DNA of 63,757 nucleotides, filler included, from Lama guanicoe (GCA_013239625.1; 188 parts of 188 records of this genome joined end to end with filler, not necessarily neighbours in it); one strand, 5' to 3'. Positions 24,429 to 37,685 are shown, counted from the first letter of the whole stretch. Notes: a model not told the origin generated them from the letters alone. Numbers and translations: made by a program.

Positions 24429-24668
24429 TAACTTGGAATTTTTCAGCCCTCCTCCTCATCCTTCAGAGATGGGCTAAGAAGGGAGCTAATAATCGATCTT
24501 GCCTACATGAGGAAGTGTCCACAGAATCCCACCAGTAGGGGCTTCGGCGAGTTTCCAGGTGGGTGGACCATCTACACTGCACCCCAATTGTACAGGGACA
24601 GAAAATCCCACACTTGGGACCCTCCCAGACCCTGCTCTGTGTATCTCTTTAGCTGGCTGTTCATCTGT
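24429..24668 (+). mobile_element. ERV LTR fragment (MER21/MER77-like)
   Basis: ggcttcggcgagtttccagg...acagggacagaaaatcccacacttgggaccctcccagaccc...gtatctcttt.gctggctgttcatctgt. Confidence 0.65.
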
Positions 24669-27600
24669 NNNNNNNNNNNNNNNNNNNNNNNNNNNNNNNN
24701 NNNNNNNNNNNNTTAATTAATTAANNNNNNNNNNNNNNNNNNNNNNNNNNNNNNNNNNNNNNNNNNNNAGTGTTATGCATGTTAAAAATTCTAGATTGAA
24801 GCATCCCTTACTCTCACTGGAGGCTGGAGAAGAAGGCTTCTGCTTCTGGTGTTCCTGTCTTACTCGTGGAAATTTTATAGACTCTACTCTAATTTTGCCA
24901 TTTAAAAAGCCATGTTAAATTTATGAAATGACACGTTTAATTTGACCTTGTCCCTGGCATGGCCATGGTCATTTCCTCTTATACCTCCTTGAGTGTTAGG
25001 ACGTTGGTNNNNNNNNNNNNNNNNNNNNNNNNNNNNNNNNNNNNNNNNNNNNTTAATTAATTAANNNNNNNNNNNNNNNNNNNNNNNNNNNNNNNNNNNN
25101 NNNNNNNNTACCTGCCCCCTGTAGGCAGATGTGTTCATGTAGGGTTAGGTGGGATATAGACACAGACACTGACATCAGTGCTGCCACGCTGCTGACTCTT
25201 TGGCGTCACTAACTCTGGCTCTTGCTCTCTGACCTCCCTGAATATGACAGCTTCTTTTGGGCTGTGGACCTGCTGCATCTTTCCAGCACTGTCAGCTTCT
25301 CTGCAACACACACCTGCCTCTCAGGTCAGAAGCAAATGTCAGCTCCTCNNNNNNNNNNNNNNNNNNNNNNNNNNNNNNNNNNNNNNNNNNNNTTAATTAA
25401 TTAANNNNNNNNNNNNNNNNNNNNNNNNNNNNNNNNNNNNNNNNNNNNGGCCAGGCCAGCCGTGGACGGTACGCCCAGGTCTCGTCCACAGCTCGTGCTG
25501 GGCTTCCTGGCAGCAGGGACCCAGCGGCTCATCCAGCCTCCCGCTTGCCCTCAGCCGTGGGCTGGGCACCCACACTGGAGCCAAACTGACTTAGTTGCCG
25601 TGTACCCGTGGCTCCTGGGGTCGTATTTCATGTCCCATTATGATCTAGGGATGGTCAGCGTCCAGACAGCCTTTGCGGGGCTGTCAGANNNNNNNNNNNN
25701 NNNNNNNNNNNNNNNNNNNNNNNNNNNNNNNNTTAATTAATTAANNNNNNNNNNNNNNNNNNNNNNNNNNNNNNNNNNNNNNNNNNNNCTGCTTCCTCTC
25801 ACTGTGCTGGGAGCTGCCTCTCTGGGTCTCTCCACCCTAGATGTACTCAGCCCAGGGCAATGGTCCGATGAATGCTCCACGGCTGCCCACCCTTCCATCT
25901 CTCTGTTGAGTCCATCACAGCTCTGAGCTCTCTTTCTCTTCTGCTCCAACCTGCTTTTCTCCAACCCTCACATCTCTCATTTCTGCCCTGCCGGCCTTAC
26001 TCCCTCTCTTTTGGCTCAGGTCTGTTCCNNNNNNNNNNNNNNNNNNNNNNNNNNNNNNNNNNNNNNNNNNNNTTAATTAATTAANNNNNNNNNNNNNNNN
26101 NNNNNNNNNNNNNNNNNNNNNNNNNNNNATGAACGTAATTTCTGCAGACATTACATGAAAGATTGAGGGAAAAGTAGGAAGAATGCTTCCCCAAGATCAC
26201 TGTAGTGATTTGTGGGTGATATGTCTGGAGAATTCAGTTCATTGAATTCCAGTGAAGATAAATTTCTCAGTAATAGTCTCGTAATTACCATTTAGTGTCA
26301 GATCCAATTCTGACTGTATACTTAAGAGTTCTGGAGTATTTGCTAATTACAGGGCACTGTCCTAGTTCNNNNNNNNNNNNNNNNNNNNNNNNNNNNNNNN
26401 NNNNNNNNNNNNTTAATTAATTAANNNNNNNNNNNNNNNNNNNNNNNNNNNNNNNNNNNNNNNNNNNNTCCCTGTTCTCTTTTGCCAGAGTGAAAGCACT
26501 GCTGTAATTGAAAGGCATCTCCTCGGCCTCCCAGGTAGGAGTGAGAGAGGGCTGCTAATATGCTCAGTGTCGCACCTGCTTTGCTCTTCATTAGGCCAAA
26601 GGGGCAAGTTGAAGCTTCCAGGGCGCCTCCTGGCCCCAGCCGTTGCCTAGGAATCCGGACCATCCCAGAGGGCAGAGGACAGTCCTCACCAGAACCTTCA
26701 CAGGGAAGNNNNNNNNNNNNNNNNNNNNNNNNNNNNNNNNNNNNNNNNNNNNTTAATTAATTAANNNNNNNNNNNNNNNNNNNNNNNNNNNNNNNNNNNN
26801 NNNNNNNNGGTGACTCTTGAGGGTGTTATTTGAGTTATCTGAGCCCTGGAGGCACCACGAACTGTCCACGGAGCAGAGATCTGGGAATCTCGTTTGGGTC
26901 CCATGGAGGGCGGGGAAGCCAGCCCACGCGGCACAGGAGACACACTGCAAATGCTCAGGGCTATGCGCCTTTCCATTGGTCCTCGGGGTGTAGCATGTAC
27001 AACGCGTTCTGGGTGCCGGGCTGTCCGAATGGAGGCTGTTTCTACTCGNNNNNNNNNNNNNNNNNNNNNNNNNNNNNNNNNNNNNNNNNNNNTTAATTAA
27101 TTAANNNNNNNNNNNNNNNNNNNNNNNNNNNNNNNNNNNNNNNNNNNNTCAACGTAGAAAACAGAGGAAAGTGGGGGTCATGCTGGATGAAGTGTGCGTG
27201 TCGGGGGGGCATGCCAGGAGCCCTGCCCGCTGGCAACCATGACATCTGCTTTATGCTTGGAGCCTCTTGGCACCATCCTGGGCCCCCGGGCTCTGTGGAC
27301 CCCACAGAAAGTCCCTGGGCTCTGTGAGTCACACTGGTAACTGAGAGCGGCCACTCCCATGTTCCAGGCTCTTCTGAGGGTCAGTCACNNNNNNNNNNNN
27401 NNNNNNNNNNNNNNNNNNNNNNNNNNNNNNNNTTAATTAATTAANNNNNNNNNNNNNNNNNNNNNNNNNNNNNNNNNNNNNNNNNNNNCAGGGAGCCACG
27501 AAGCTCCAAGAGACCCCCTGGGTGGGGCAGACGCGACTGGTCCTGGGGCAGTGGCAGCCGTTATATGGTGTGTGAGCAAAGGTCTCTCATGGCTCCTGCT

Positions 27601-28168
27601 ACTTAAGCTACCTCTTCACTCACATGGCTCCTTCTGGGTCATTGCCCAACAGCCCGCATGTGTTAGAGGCAGCCCCAGGGGGGTCTGTAACCGTGATTCG
27701 CTCTGTTATGGGGACAGCTTGAGCAGAANNNNNNNNNNNNNNNNNNNNNNNNNNNNNNNNNNNNNNNNNNNNTTAATTAATTAANNNNNNNNNNNNNNNN
27801 NNNNNNNNNNNNNNNNNNNNNNNNNNNNGAGAATTCTCATGTGCAAGGTAAAGGGCCTGGGATCCAACAGCCACACAGTAACCAGGTGTTGCTATTATAT
27901 TTAATATATCGATATTATCTTAAGTCATTTCTCAAACTCATGGCTGCTGGCCCTTGTTCACCCTCTATAAAATCAAGCAAGCATGGCTCCAGTAACTGTA
28001 GGGTGGATGGCTCTACCCGATGAAGACCATGGTCCCAGAGTCTAACTCAGGTTAACCTCATCAATCAGNNNNNNNNNNNNNNNNNNNNNNNNNNNNNNNN
28101 NNNNNNNNNNNNTTAATTAATTAANNNNNNNNNNNNNNNNNNNNNNNNNNNNNNNNNNNNNNNNNNNN

Positions 28169-28408
28169 AGGAAGGCCTGTATCGCTATAAACTTCTCTCT
28201 TAGCACTGCCTTTGCTGCGTCCCATAAATTTTGTGTGGTAGAGTTTTCATTTTCATTTCTTCCAAGGTATTTTTTAATTTCAACTTTTATTTCATCATTG
28301 ACCCATTGGTTTTATACTAGCATGTTGTTTAGTCTCCATGCTTTCCTTTTTTCCTCCTGTGTTTCTCTGTAGTTGATTTCTAGTTTCATGGCACTGTGGT
28401 CAGTAAAG
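28169..28408 (-). mobile_element. LINE-1 ORF2 fragment (3' part of endonuclease region)
   Basis: aggaaggcctgtatcgctataaac is the reverse complement of the start of 22389; also cttagcactgcctttgctgcgtcccataaatt. Confidence 0.92.
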
Positions 28409-28920
28409 NNNNNNNNNNNNNNNNNNNNNNNNNNNNNNNNNNNNNNNNNNNNTTAATTAATTAANNNNNNNNNNNNNNNNNNNNNNNNNNNNNNNNNNNN
28501 NNNNNNNNCTTACAGTCAGGAAGTTGCCTAGGGAAAGAGGATGCTGGCTGCAGACATTACACGGACACACATGAAAGACAGCTGCGTAGTTAGACTTGAT
28601 GGCGTGGGCACTAGGGAGCCATTTCCATTTCTTGAGCAGGAGCAGACCTATCCTTAGAGGGTGGGGTGAAGATGGACAGATGGAGTTCAGAGGCTGGCTG
28701 GGGGACACTGGGGAGGGGTGCTGGTTGGTCAGGGACCCCACCACCAGCNNNNNNNNNNNNNNNNNNNNNNNNNNNNNNNNNNNNNNNNNNNNTTAATTAA
28801 TTAANNNNNNNNNNNNNNNNNNNNNNNNNNNNNNNNNNNNNNNNNNNNTTCCCTCACCCTATAGTGGCTTTTAAGCACAGAGAGAAGAAAAATCAAATTC
28901 CATAGATTTCACTAATTTAC

Positions 28921-29059
28921 TGGCCATGTCAGTGTTGTCTTTTCCATCCGCAAAGGTCAAGTTCTTCTCATCTTTTGGCTCCTCTGGAGCACCTTCATCG
29001 CTTGCATACGTCTCAGTACCGTTTTCTTGTTTCTCTATGTCTGGCTCGGTCATCCCTCC
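28921..29059 (-). CDS. Putative ANKRD26-like exon (acidic linker region)
   Basis: Open frame GGMTEPDIEKQENGTETYASDEGAPEEPKDEKNLTFADGKDNTDMA lies between an AG and a GT. It resembles recalled ANKRD26 sequence EEPTKPGIAKKENG...ESAPLEQTNNDNLTYVD...DMM. Splice sites are weak. Confidence 0.5.
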
Positions 29060-30888
29060 CTATGCTTTAGGTCATGACCAGAGAGCCCNNNNNNNNNNNN
29101 NNNNNNNNNNNNNNNNNNNNNNNNNNNNNNNNTTAATTAATTAANNNNNNNNNNNNNNNNNNNNNNNNNNNNNNNNNNNNNNNNNNNNCTCAGCCTTTTC
29201 AAGTCGTGTTTTCGAAGTCGACGCTCTCTGGGAAGCGCGGTGCAGAGCCCGGTGTTCCTTCCCTTCCCAGCGCAGGGTGCACCCTACCTCCCCACCGCGA
29301 GTTAAAAGGGATAGACCGAACGTCATGCTGGAATTTGAGGTTCTGTTAGTTTAGCCTTATTCCTGAAGGAGAAAGTGCATGCATTTACGTAACTGGATTC
29401 TTATCTGAAGGAAACGGAACTTGCTAAANNNNNNNNNNNNNNNNNNNNNNNNNNNNNNNNNNNNNNNNNNNNTTAATTAATTAANNNNNNNNNNNNNNNN
29501 NNNNNNNNNNNNNNNNNNNNNNNNNNNNCCCTGCTTGATAATCAGGACAGGAGGCAGTGTTTTAAGTAACCTCTTCATTTTAGAAGTTGACATGAGAGCC
29601 TTCCCTTTCAACAGCCTCAACGTGGCATGGCAGGATCTTGTGCTTAAGCTATTTGTTCTTCACACTGCAGTCACCTTGGGGCTGTGGTCTGATTATAAAG
29701 ATATTCACTACTTCCCTCCCACTCAGTCAAGACCAGGAAATACAGCTATTTGCCAGTCCTTTTCTGGGNNNNNNNNNNNNNNNNNNNNNNNNNNNNNNNN
29801 NNNNNNNNNNNNTTAATTAATTAANNNNNNNNNNNNNNNNNNNNNNNNNNNNNNNNNNNNNNNNNNNNATAATATTTTTATAGCAAAGAATCCAGTACAG
29901 AATCATATGTTACGTTCAGTTCTCAGGTATCTCCAGTCTCCTTCAATATGGAAAAGTTCTTCCATTCTTTCTTAACTTTAATGACACTTTTGCAGATTAT
30001 AGGCCAGTTGTTTTGTAGATTGTCTCTTAATTAGGGCTCGTCCAAAGTTTCCTCATGACTAGATTCAGTTTATGAGTTTCGTGCAAGAATATCACAGAAG
30101 CGATACTGNNNNNNNNNNNNNNNNNNNNNNNNNNNNNNNNNNNNNNNNNNNNTTAATTAATTAANNNNNNNNNNNNNNNNNNNNNNNNNNNNNNNNNNNN
30201 NNNNNNNNGGTATATCCACTGCTATGAATAATAAAACAAAAATGCAGTGAAATAATTTCAATTAAGACATTAATAACAATTAATTTGATAATCAAATATT
30301 TTTGTATTTCAAAAAGAGATGCCTCATAGGAGAATTAGTTACAAGGAATATTCAAAATGGAAGTATGCAAGACCCTGTGGCCTCTTCTGATTGGGGATGC
30401 ACTGGAGGATGGCCTGGCTTTCAATTGTAATAACCAGGACATGGAAACNNNNNNNNNNNNNNNNNNNNNNNNNNNNNNNNNNNNNNNNNNNNTTAATTAA
30501 TTAANNNNNNNNNNNNNNNNNNNNNNNNNNNNNNNNNNNNNNNNNNNNTTTTTTAATATGACAATGTCTAAGTATTATGTTATCTATATCTCACATCAAC
30601 ATCATCCAGTCATCTGTTGATGGGCAGTTGAGTTGTGGTTCTATCCTTGGCTGTTATAAATTATGATGTAAAATACATTAGGGTAATATATCCTTTAAAG
30701 TCAATGTTTTCAGTTTTTTCAGATTTATATCAAAAACTAGAATTGCTGCAACATATAATGCTTCTATTTCTAGTTTCATTAGCACTGTNNNNNNNNNNNN
30801 NNNNNNNNNNNNNNNNNNNNNNNNNNNNNNNNTTAATTAATTAANNNNNNNNNNNNNNNNNNNNNNNNNNNNNNNNNNNNNNNNNNNN

Positions 30889-31088
30889 AGAATCTTATAA
30901 AATAGATAAACAACAAGGGCCTACTGTCTAGCACAGGGCACTCTATTCGATTTCTTGTAGTAACCTATGATGCAAAAGGATCTGAAAGAAAAGAAATATA
31001 TGCATGTATATGTATAACCGAATCACTTTCCTGTAAATGTGAACCCAACATTACAAATCAACCATACTTCACTAAAAATTTTTTTAAA
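30889..31088 (+). mobile_element. LINE-1 3' end
   Basis: ataaaatagataaacaacaagggcctactgtctagcacaggg...taacctat...tgtataaccgaatcactt...aaatcaaccatacttca. Confidence 0.88.
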
Positions 31089-32247
31089 TACATAATTTGT
31101 AGAATCAAATGGCATTCAGAAGCATTCANNNNNNNNNNNNNNNNNNNNNNNNNNNNNNNNNNNNNNNNNNNNTTAATTAATTAANNNNNNNNNNNNNNNN
31201 NNNNNNNNNNNNNNNNNNNNNNNNNNNNCTCTGTCCTGTTTCCTGGGTGTGTTGGGGTGGCTAAATGTATAATTTAGACATAAGTTTCTACACGATTAGG
31301 AACTAGATCTGTCCATACCCAAGAAGAATGTATCACCCAGAAATCCAGGATTTGAGACTGGATGGGACTTTTAGGAGAAAGTGAATGATTTCTGAGTATA
31401 CATATTGTGGGACCAACTGGCACCCCTCAAAGTCCAACAGCCCCCACACCTGGGCCCCCAGGTGTCCANNNNNNNNNNNNNNNNNNNNNNNNNNNNNNNN
31501 NNNNNNNNNNNNTTAATTAATTAANNNNNNNNNNNNNNNNNNNNNNNNNNNNNNNNNNNNNNNNNNNNTGCTCTTTATAACACATCGGACAGTCAAAACC
31601 CAGCCTATGGCTGTTTAGAACCAGCCTTGAGTCTGAGGCTGCAGGGATCAAACCACCAGCCAAAAGGGTCTGCAATATTCAGAGCTGATATTTTACTAAC
31701 TTTTATCTTCCAATTCAAAAAGCAAACAAAGCCCTTACAAACAGACGTATGCAAGACGCACACGTGAAAAAGGAACACACGGGGAAGGAAGTCATCAGGA
31801 ACTCTTCCNNNNNNNNNNNNNNNNNNNNNNNNNNNNNNNNNNNNNNNNNNNNTTAATTAATTAANNNNNNNNNNNNNNNNNNNNNNNNNNNNNNNNNNNN
31901 NNNNNNNNCAAGCTACATGAAGGACGGCTTTCACACACGCTTAACTCTCAGAAATGATCATGTGGAGAAACTTTGTTTCATCTAGCACAAACAAACGGGT
32001 ATCAGACGAAACATTCACACTGGTTTCTCAGTGTGTTTCCTTGTGTCGGTTTGAAGTTCCTGCAGTTTTCACTGTAAAACGGCCTTGGGGCTGGTACCTA
32101 CCCATATATATGAATGGAGTAGAGTTTGCAACTGAAGAGAAACTTTGNNNNNNNNNNNNNNNNNNNNNNNNNNNNNNNNNNNNNNNNNNNNTTAATTAAT
32201 TAANNNNNNNNNNNNNNNNNNNNNNNNNNNNNNNNNNNNNNNNNNNN

Positions 32248-32485
32248 GTGTTCTGCATTCCATGTTCTAAATTCTGGGTTCTGTATTCTCTATACTCTAT
32301 TCTATATACTGTGTTCTTCATTCAATATTCTAAACTGTGTATTCAGTATTCTCTATTCAATAGTCTAAATTCTGATTTCTGCATTGCATGTTGTAAATTC
32401 TGGCTTGTATATTCTCTATTCTATATTCAATATTCGGTTTTCTTCATTCTATATTCTAAATCTATATTCTGCATTCTGTATTCTA
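32248..32485. repeat. Satellite DNA built on a degenerate 7-bp unit (~TATTCTR) with an apparent 126-bp higher-order period
   Basis: Heptamer periodicity throughout. The block ttctgcatt(c/g)catgtt(c/g)taaattctgg recurs at 32251 and 32377, 126 = 18x7 apart. Confidence 0.85.
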
Positions 32486-34625
32486 NNNNNNNNNNNNNNN
32501 NNNNNNNNNNNNNNNNNNNNNNNNNNNNNTTAATTAATTAANNNNNNNNNNNNNNNNNNNNNNNNNNNNNNNNNNNNNNNNNNNNCGGGAGCCCTGAGGT
32601 GCAGGGATGAGGGGCACCTGCAGGAGCTGCACTGGAGGGTCGGTCTCTAGGATGGGGAGGGGAACAGGGGTCAGAGGTGGGCCTGGGGTGCCCCAGGAAT
32701 CCAGGGATAGGAGGACATCATCCAACGGAGGAAATGTGATCTCCTGGTAATGGGAGACCCAGCCTTTCATGGTGTGTGGGTTACAGAAGCTGGGCGGAGA
32801 GACAGGAAGGAGAAGTGGTGGGGGGNNNNNNNNNNNNNNNNNNNNNNNNNNNNNNNNNNNNNNNNNNNNTTAATTAATTAANNNNNNNNNNNNNNNNNNN
32901 NNNNNNNNNNNNNNNNNNNNNNNNNGCCATCCAAGTATCAGGGGCTGGAGATGGAATCACAGACTCAAAGACAGGCTCCACTGCCCACACTCAGTACCAC
33001 AGTGCTGGGGGCAGGGAGACTGTCCCCTTCACGGGGCACACAGCCCGGCAGCCTGGGCTTCTCTGGCTGGATGCACAGTGGCTCAGAGACAGACAGGCAG
33101 ATGATGGCTGCCATCGCCAGACAGGCTTGTCAGTGTCATTTGCTGCTTCCTTTATGTTCCTGTCCNNNNNNNNNNNNNNNNNNNNNNNNNNNNNNNNNNN
33201 NNNNNNNNNTTAATTAATTAANNNNNNNNNNNNNNNNNNNNNNNNNNNNNNNNNNNNNNNNNNNNCACCAGGAGCCCACTCAGAGTCATCTCATTAGAAC
33301 AAAAACACCCTTACTACCCAAGAAGTAACACCGTTTCAGGAGCTATGTCCAGGAACCAGGGGTAGAAACCAATATAGATGTGTATGTATGTTCTATTATC
33401 TCACAAAAGCCAACATAAGTTTCCTGCATCTCTCTGGTTTCTTTGCCTAGTTGCACTGCTAGTCCTTTCTCATATTTCAGAACTAGCAAGTTGGGATCCT
33501 GTGTCNNNNNNNNNNNNNNNNNNNNNNNNNNNNNNNNNNNNNNNNNNNNTTAATTAATTAANNNNNNNNNNNNNNNNNNNNNNNNNNNNNNNNNNNNNNN
33601 NNNNNTTTTTTTTTTCCTCTTAGATTGGGGTTAGTTGTGTCTCATTTAGTATTTCTGAAAGCTTTCTCAGAATTTTCAGATTTTGATTTCCTCTGAGCTA
33701 GAAAAGCAGCTAATAAAATTTGTACAATTTACTTTAAGTTAACTGGGACGAGCAGAGTTGGTGGCATTTTCTTTGCTACATTAAAACAACACTTTTTTTA
33801 TTGTTGAGGTTTTGCATTAGGCTTTTGGGTGTTTACGCGACATCANNNNNNNNNNNNNNNNNNNNNNNNNNNNNNNNNNNNNNNNNNNNTTAATTAATTA
33901 ANNNNNNNNNNNNNNNNNNNNNNNNNNNNNNNNNNNNNNNNNNNNTCAGTATCACCACTGTGGGTTATCTGGTAGTTTTAAGACTTGGTAATATCAATTC
34001 ATGAACAATGTTAGAAGATTAGACATCTCAGATCAAGTTTACATAGTTCTTATGATTTCCTCTAAGAAATGGCTGGTTTCTTCCCCATCTTAAATATGAG
34101 ATGAGTCTCTAAAAAAATTCTGTATTCCTGCATGTCTTTGCTTTAATTCTCCATTTCTTAAAAAACAAAGTTTTTAAATGGAGTTNNNNNNNNNNNNNNN
34201 NNNNNNNNNNNNNNNNNNNNNNNNNNNNNTTAATTAATTAANNNNNNNNNNNNNNNNNNNNNNNNNNNNNNNNNNNNNNNNNNNNAGCTGAGGAAAGACA
34301 AATGAATCCCATCTTCAGAGGAGGGGAAGGTCTCCAGGAGGACCAGAGAGCAGGCTGAAGGAGCACTGAAATACTCATTCTGCATCCTCTCTCCAGCCAA
34401 CATCACATTATCTTTAACTCTTGTAAAACTGATTAGACAATTTAATGGGGAGAGGGGGGCATGTGGAAAAGCCTACTAATCTGATGGGCACAAAACAAAA
34501 CTTGTTGATGCTTTCCTTTTAACATNNNNNNNNNNNNNNNNNNNNNNNNNNNNNNNNNNNNNNNNNNNNTTAATTAATTAANNNNNNNNNNNNNNNNNNN
34601 NNNNNNNNNNNNNNNNNNNNNNNNN

Positions 34626-34865
34626 CCGCTCCCGCCCGGCTTCCACACGCTCTGGGTGGGCTCCCGCGTCCGCGCGTGCGCGCCCCTCCTCCTCACGCCG
34701 GAAGAGCGGACTTTCGGGCGGGGGGGGGGCCGGCGGGATTGCAGCTGCCCCGTGCTAGCGCGGGAAATGGCTTCCATTACACGCTGTCGCTGCCGTCCCT
34801 TCCCCCCCGCACACTGCTTGCACTGCGCCCGGCTCCCAGAAGCACACTGACCCGAAACCGGCGTC
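34626..34865. promoter_or_regulatory. CpG-island promoter fragment with NRF1-like, ETS, GC-box, E2F and YY1-like motifs
   Basis: gcgcgtgcgc at ~34672, ccggaag 34698-34704, gggcgggg at ~34717, gcgcgggaaa 34758-34767 overlapping aaatggc. Confidence 0.65.
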
Positions 34866-35305
34866 NNNNNNNNNNNNNNNNNNNNNNNNNNNNNNNNNNN
34901 NNNNNNNNNTTAATTAATTAANNNNNNNNNNNNNNNNNNNNNNNNNNNNNNNNNNNNNNNNNNNNGGAACTGAAGCCCTTCTTCCTCAGCGCTCTGCTGA
35001 GCAGCTAAAAGTATATCCAGCGATCTGGTTATCAGGTTTCTAATTATCCAGCAATTCAAATGCTTCCTGAAATGCTCGGAGCCTTGCCCACCCTTCTGGC
35101 TGGAGAGCTGTCCTGGCGAGCCCAGGTGGCTGTGACTTCTCAGCGGGAGACCCCGAGTGGAAGAGGAGCCTGGCGTAGGGCCTGCAGCCTGGCTGTGCTG
35201 CTGGCNNNNNNNNNNNNNNNNNNNNNNNNNNNNNNNNNNNNNNNNNNNNTTAATTAATTAANNNNNNNNNNNNNNNNNNNNNNNNNNNNNNNNNNNNNNN
35301 NNNNN

Positions 35306-35545
35306 GCGGCGGCAAAAACGGGGGGTTCAGGAACTAGTATTAGCGGGGTTACCAGGAACCACAGCGGCGACTGGGACCCGCCTCAGGGTCCTAAAGGGAA
35401 GCGCGGCAAGGACCTCACCTCAGCACCCCTCCCTGTGCGCCTCCCAAGCCGCACAGCCCAGGCGTCATCCGCCGGCTTCCCGAGCAGTGCGCCCCAACCA
35501 GCGCCCCCTTAACTGCCCGGCAGCGGCAGCCGAGCCGCGGGCAAG
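35306..35545. promoter_or_regulatory. CpG-rich fragment with a segment homologous to 53050-53160
   Basis: CpG dense; shares cgcctcagggtcctaaa and co-linear flanking motifs with contig 52985-53224. Confidence 0.55.
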
Positions 35546-35645
35546 NNNNNNNNNNNNNNNNNNNNNNNNNNNNNNNNNNNNNNNNNNNNTTAATTAATTA
35601 ANNNNNNNNNNNNNNNNNNNNNNNNNNNNNNNNNNNNNNNNNNNN

Positions 35646-35885
35646 CTTCTTTGTCCAGTCATCTGTCAGTGGTCATTTAGGTTGTTTCTGTATTTTGATT
35701 ATTGTCAATAATGTTGCTGTGAACATTGGGGTGCATGCATCTTTTCAAATTTGAGTTCCCTCCAGATATATGCCCAGAAGTGAGATGGCTGGATCTTATG
35801 GTAAGTCTGTCTTAGTTTTTTGAGGACTCTCCATACTGTTTTCCAAAGTGGCTGCACCAAACTACATTCCCACCAACAGTGTAGG
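35646..35885 (-). mobile_element. LINE-1 ORF2 C-terminal fragment
   Basis: gtgaacattggggtgcatg...agatatatgcccagaagtg...ctccatactgttttcca.agtggctgcaccaaactacattcccaccaacagtgtagg. Confidence 0.93.
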
Positions 35886-37685
35886 NNNNNNNNNNNNNNN
35901 NNNNNNNNNNNNNNNNNNNNNNNNNNNNNTTAATTAATTAANNNNNNNNNNNNNNNNNNNNNNNNNNNNNNNNNNNNNNNNNNNNTTCTCCACATCTCCA
36001 ATATTTATTCCTCCCATCTTATCCCCTCCATCTTGTTCAACACCCCATTCTTGTTGGAGTTCTAGAGAGAGGATGGGTTGCATGAAGTAAAGTAGCGGGA
36101 GCAGAAGAGAGAGGAAGAAAGAGAAACAGAAAAACATGTGGCTCAAAGGCAGAACTAAACTTCAGGGGAAAAAAATGAGGGGTGATCTGTGAAATCCTCC
36201 AATTATCGTTTTTATGTCACTCCCTNNNNNNNNNNNNNNNNNNNNNNNNNNNNNNNNNNNNNNNNNNNNTTAATTAATTAANNNNNNNNNNNNNNNNNNN
36301 NNNNNNNNNNNNNNNNNNNNNNNNNGATCTGGGAACCAGGGCCTTTGGGAAATCACTGGAAGATTTCCAGACTTTTCTCTAACCAATGAAACTTGATGGT
36401 GTGCATTGACTAAATTGACTTAAGTGAATAAAATTTGCGAAGGCCATTTCAGAGCAAGAGAAATTGAAGAGAGGGTAAGTTGTGGTAACTAAACAATGCT
36501 CTAAGACAGGGGCTGACAACCTAAGCATTTTTTGGTTTTGTTTGTTTATTTCCATTTTTAAATGANNNNNNNNNNNNNNNNNNNNNNNNNNNNNNNNNNN
36601 NNNNNNNNNTTAATTAATTAANNNNNNNNNNNNNNNNNNNNNNNNNNNNNNNNNNNNNNNNNNNNTTTTTTTTTCCAGACAACTTTATCTTATCTGACTG
36701 TCTCTTGGAAATGTGATAACCCAGGATACACAGCAGAGTTAAGTTATAAAAGGCAGGATGTAATATTAATGACTGAGAACATTCAGTTTTAAAAGCACCA
36801 AATGCTGAATTAATGAAAGCACTCAGTCATGTAGATGAGACCAGAGGGAGGGGAAACTGAGGGCAACTACAAAGGAGACAAGACTTCAAATGCAGCCCGG
36901 GATCTNNNNNNNNNNNNNNNNNNNNNNNNNNNNNNNNNNNNNNNNNNNNTTAATTAATTAANNNNNNNNNNNNNNNNNNNNNNNNNNNNNNNNNNNNNNN
37001 NNNNNAGGTAGCGCAGGTGGGAGGCGGCAGGATGGGAGGGACGAGGAGCCCTGATGGGGGTGCAGCCTATGGCTGGGCCTAGAGGGTCGGGGGGGGAGCT
37101 GGTAGGTGGAGGGGACAGAGAGGAATGTAGTGGGCGTTCAGTGCAAGAAGGCGGGAGCAAAACTAGAGGATTCAGTAGACTTGGCCAGGTTGGAGCGGCC
37201 TGAACGCCATGCTGCTCTGTTGGAATGTTTCTTGGAGGCAACTGGNNNNNNNNNNNNNNNNNNNNNNNNNNNNNNNNNNNNNNNNNNNNTTAATTAATTA
37301 ANNNNNNNNNNNNNNNNNNNNNNNNNNNNNNNNNNNNNNNNNNNNATTAACAAAACTACACCAAAACTCAATGCTTCTTAGCAGAAAGGGACTTTAAAAT
37401 ATCTATGGTTAATACGTTGAAAATACAAAATAAATGGATAAAAATGGATTAAAAAGCATAAACCTTCAAAGTAATTCGTATCTACAAAAATAAAATTACA
37501 CTTTATAAGTAAAGAACACAATACATGAAATAAAACTTCAAATGTATGTCTTATAGAATAATTGACACAATAAGCATTTAAAAAGNNNNNNNNNNNNNNN
37601 NNNNNNNNNNNNNNNNNNNNNNNNNNNNNTTAATTAATTAANNNNNNNNNNNNNNNNNNNNNNNNNNNNNNNNNNNNNNNNNNNN

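Noticed and set aside
32248..32541. 97-aa Tyr/Ser/Ile/Phe-rich ORF
   Set aside because: It is a translation of heptamer satellite DNA plus Ns.
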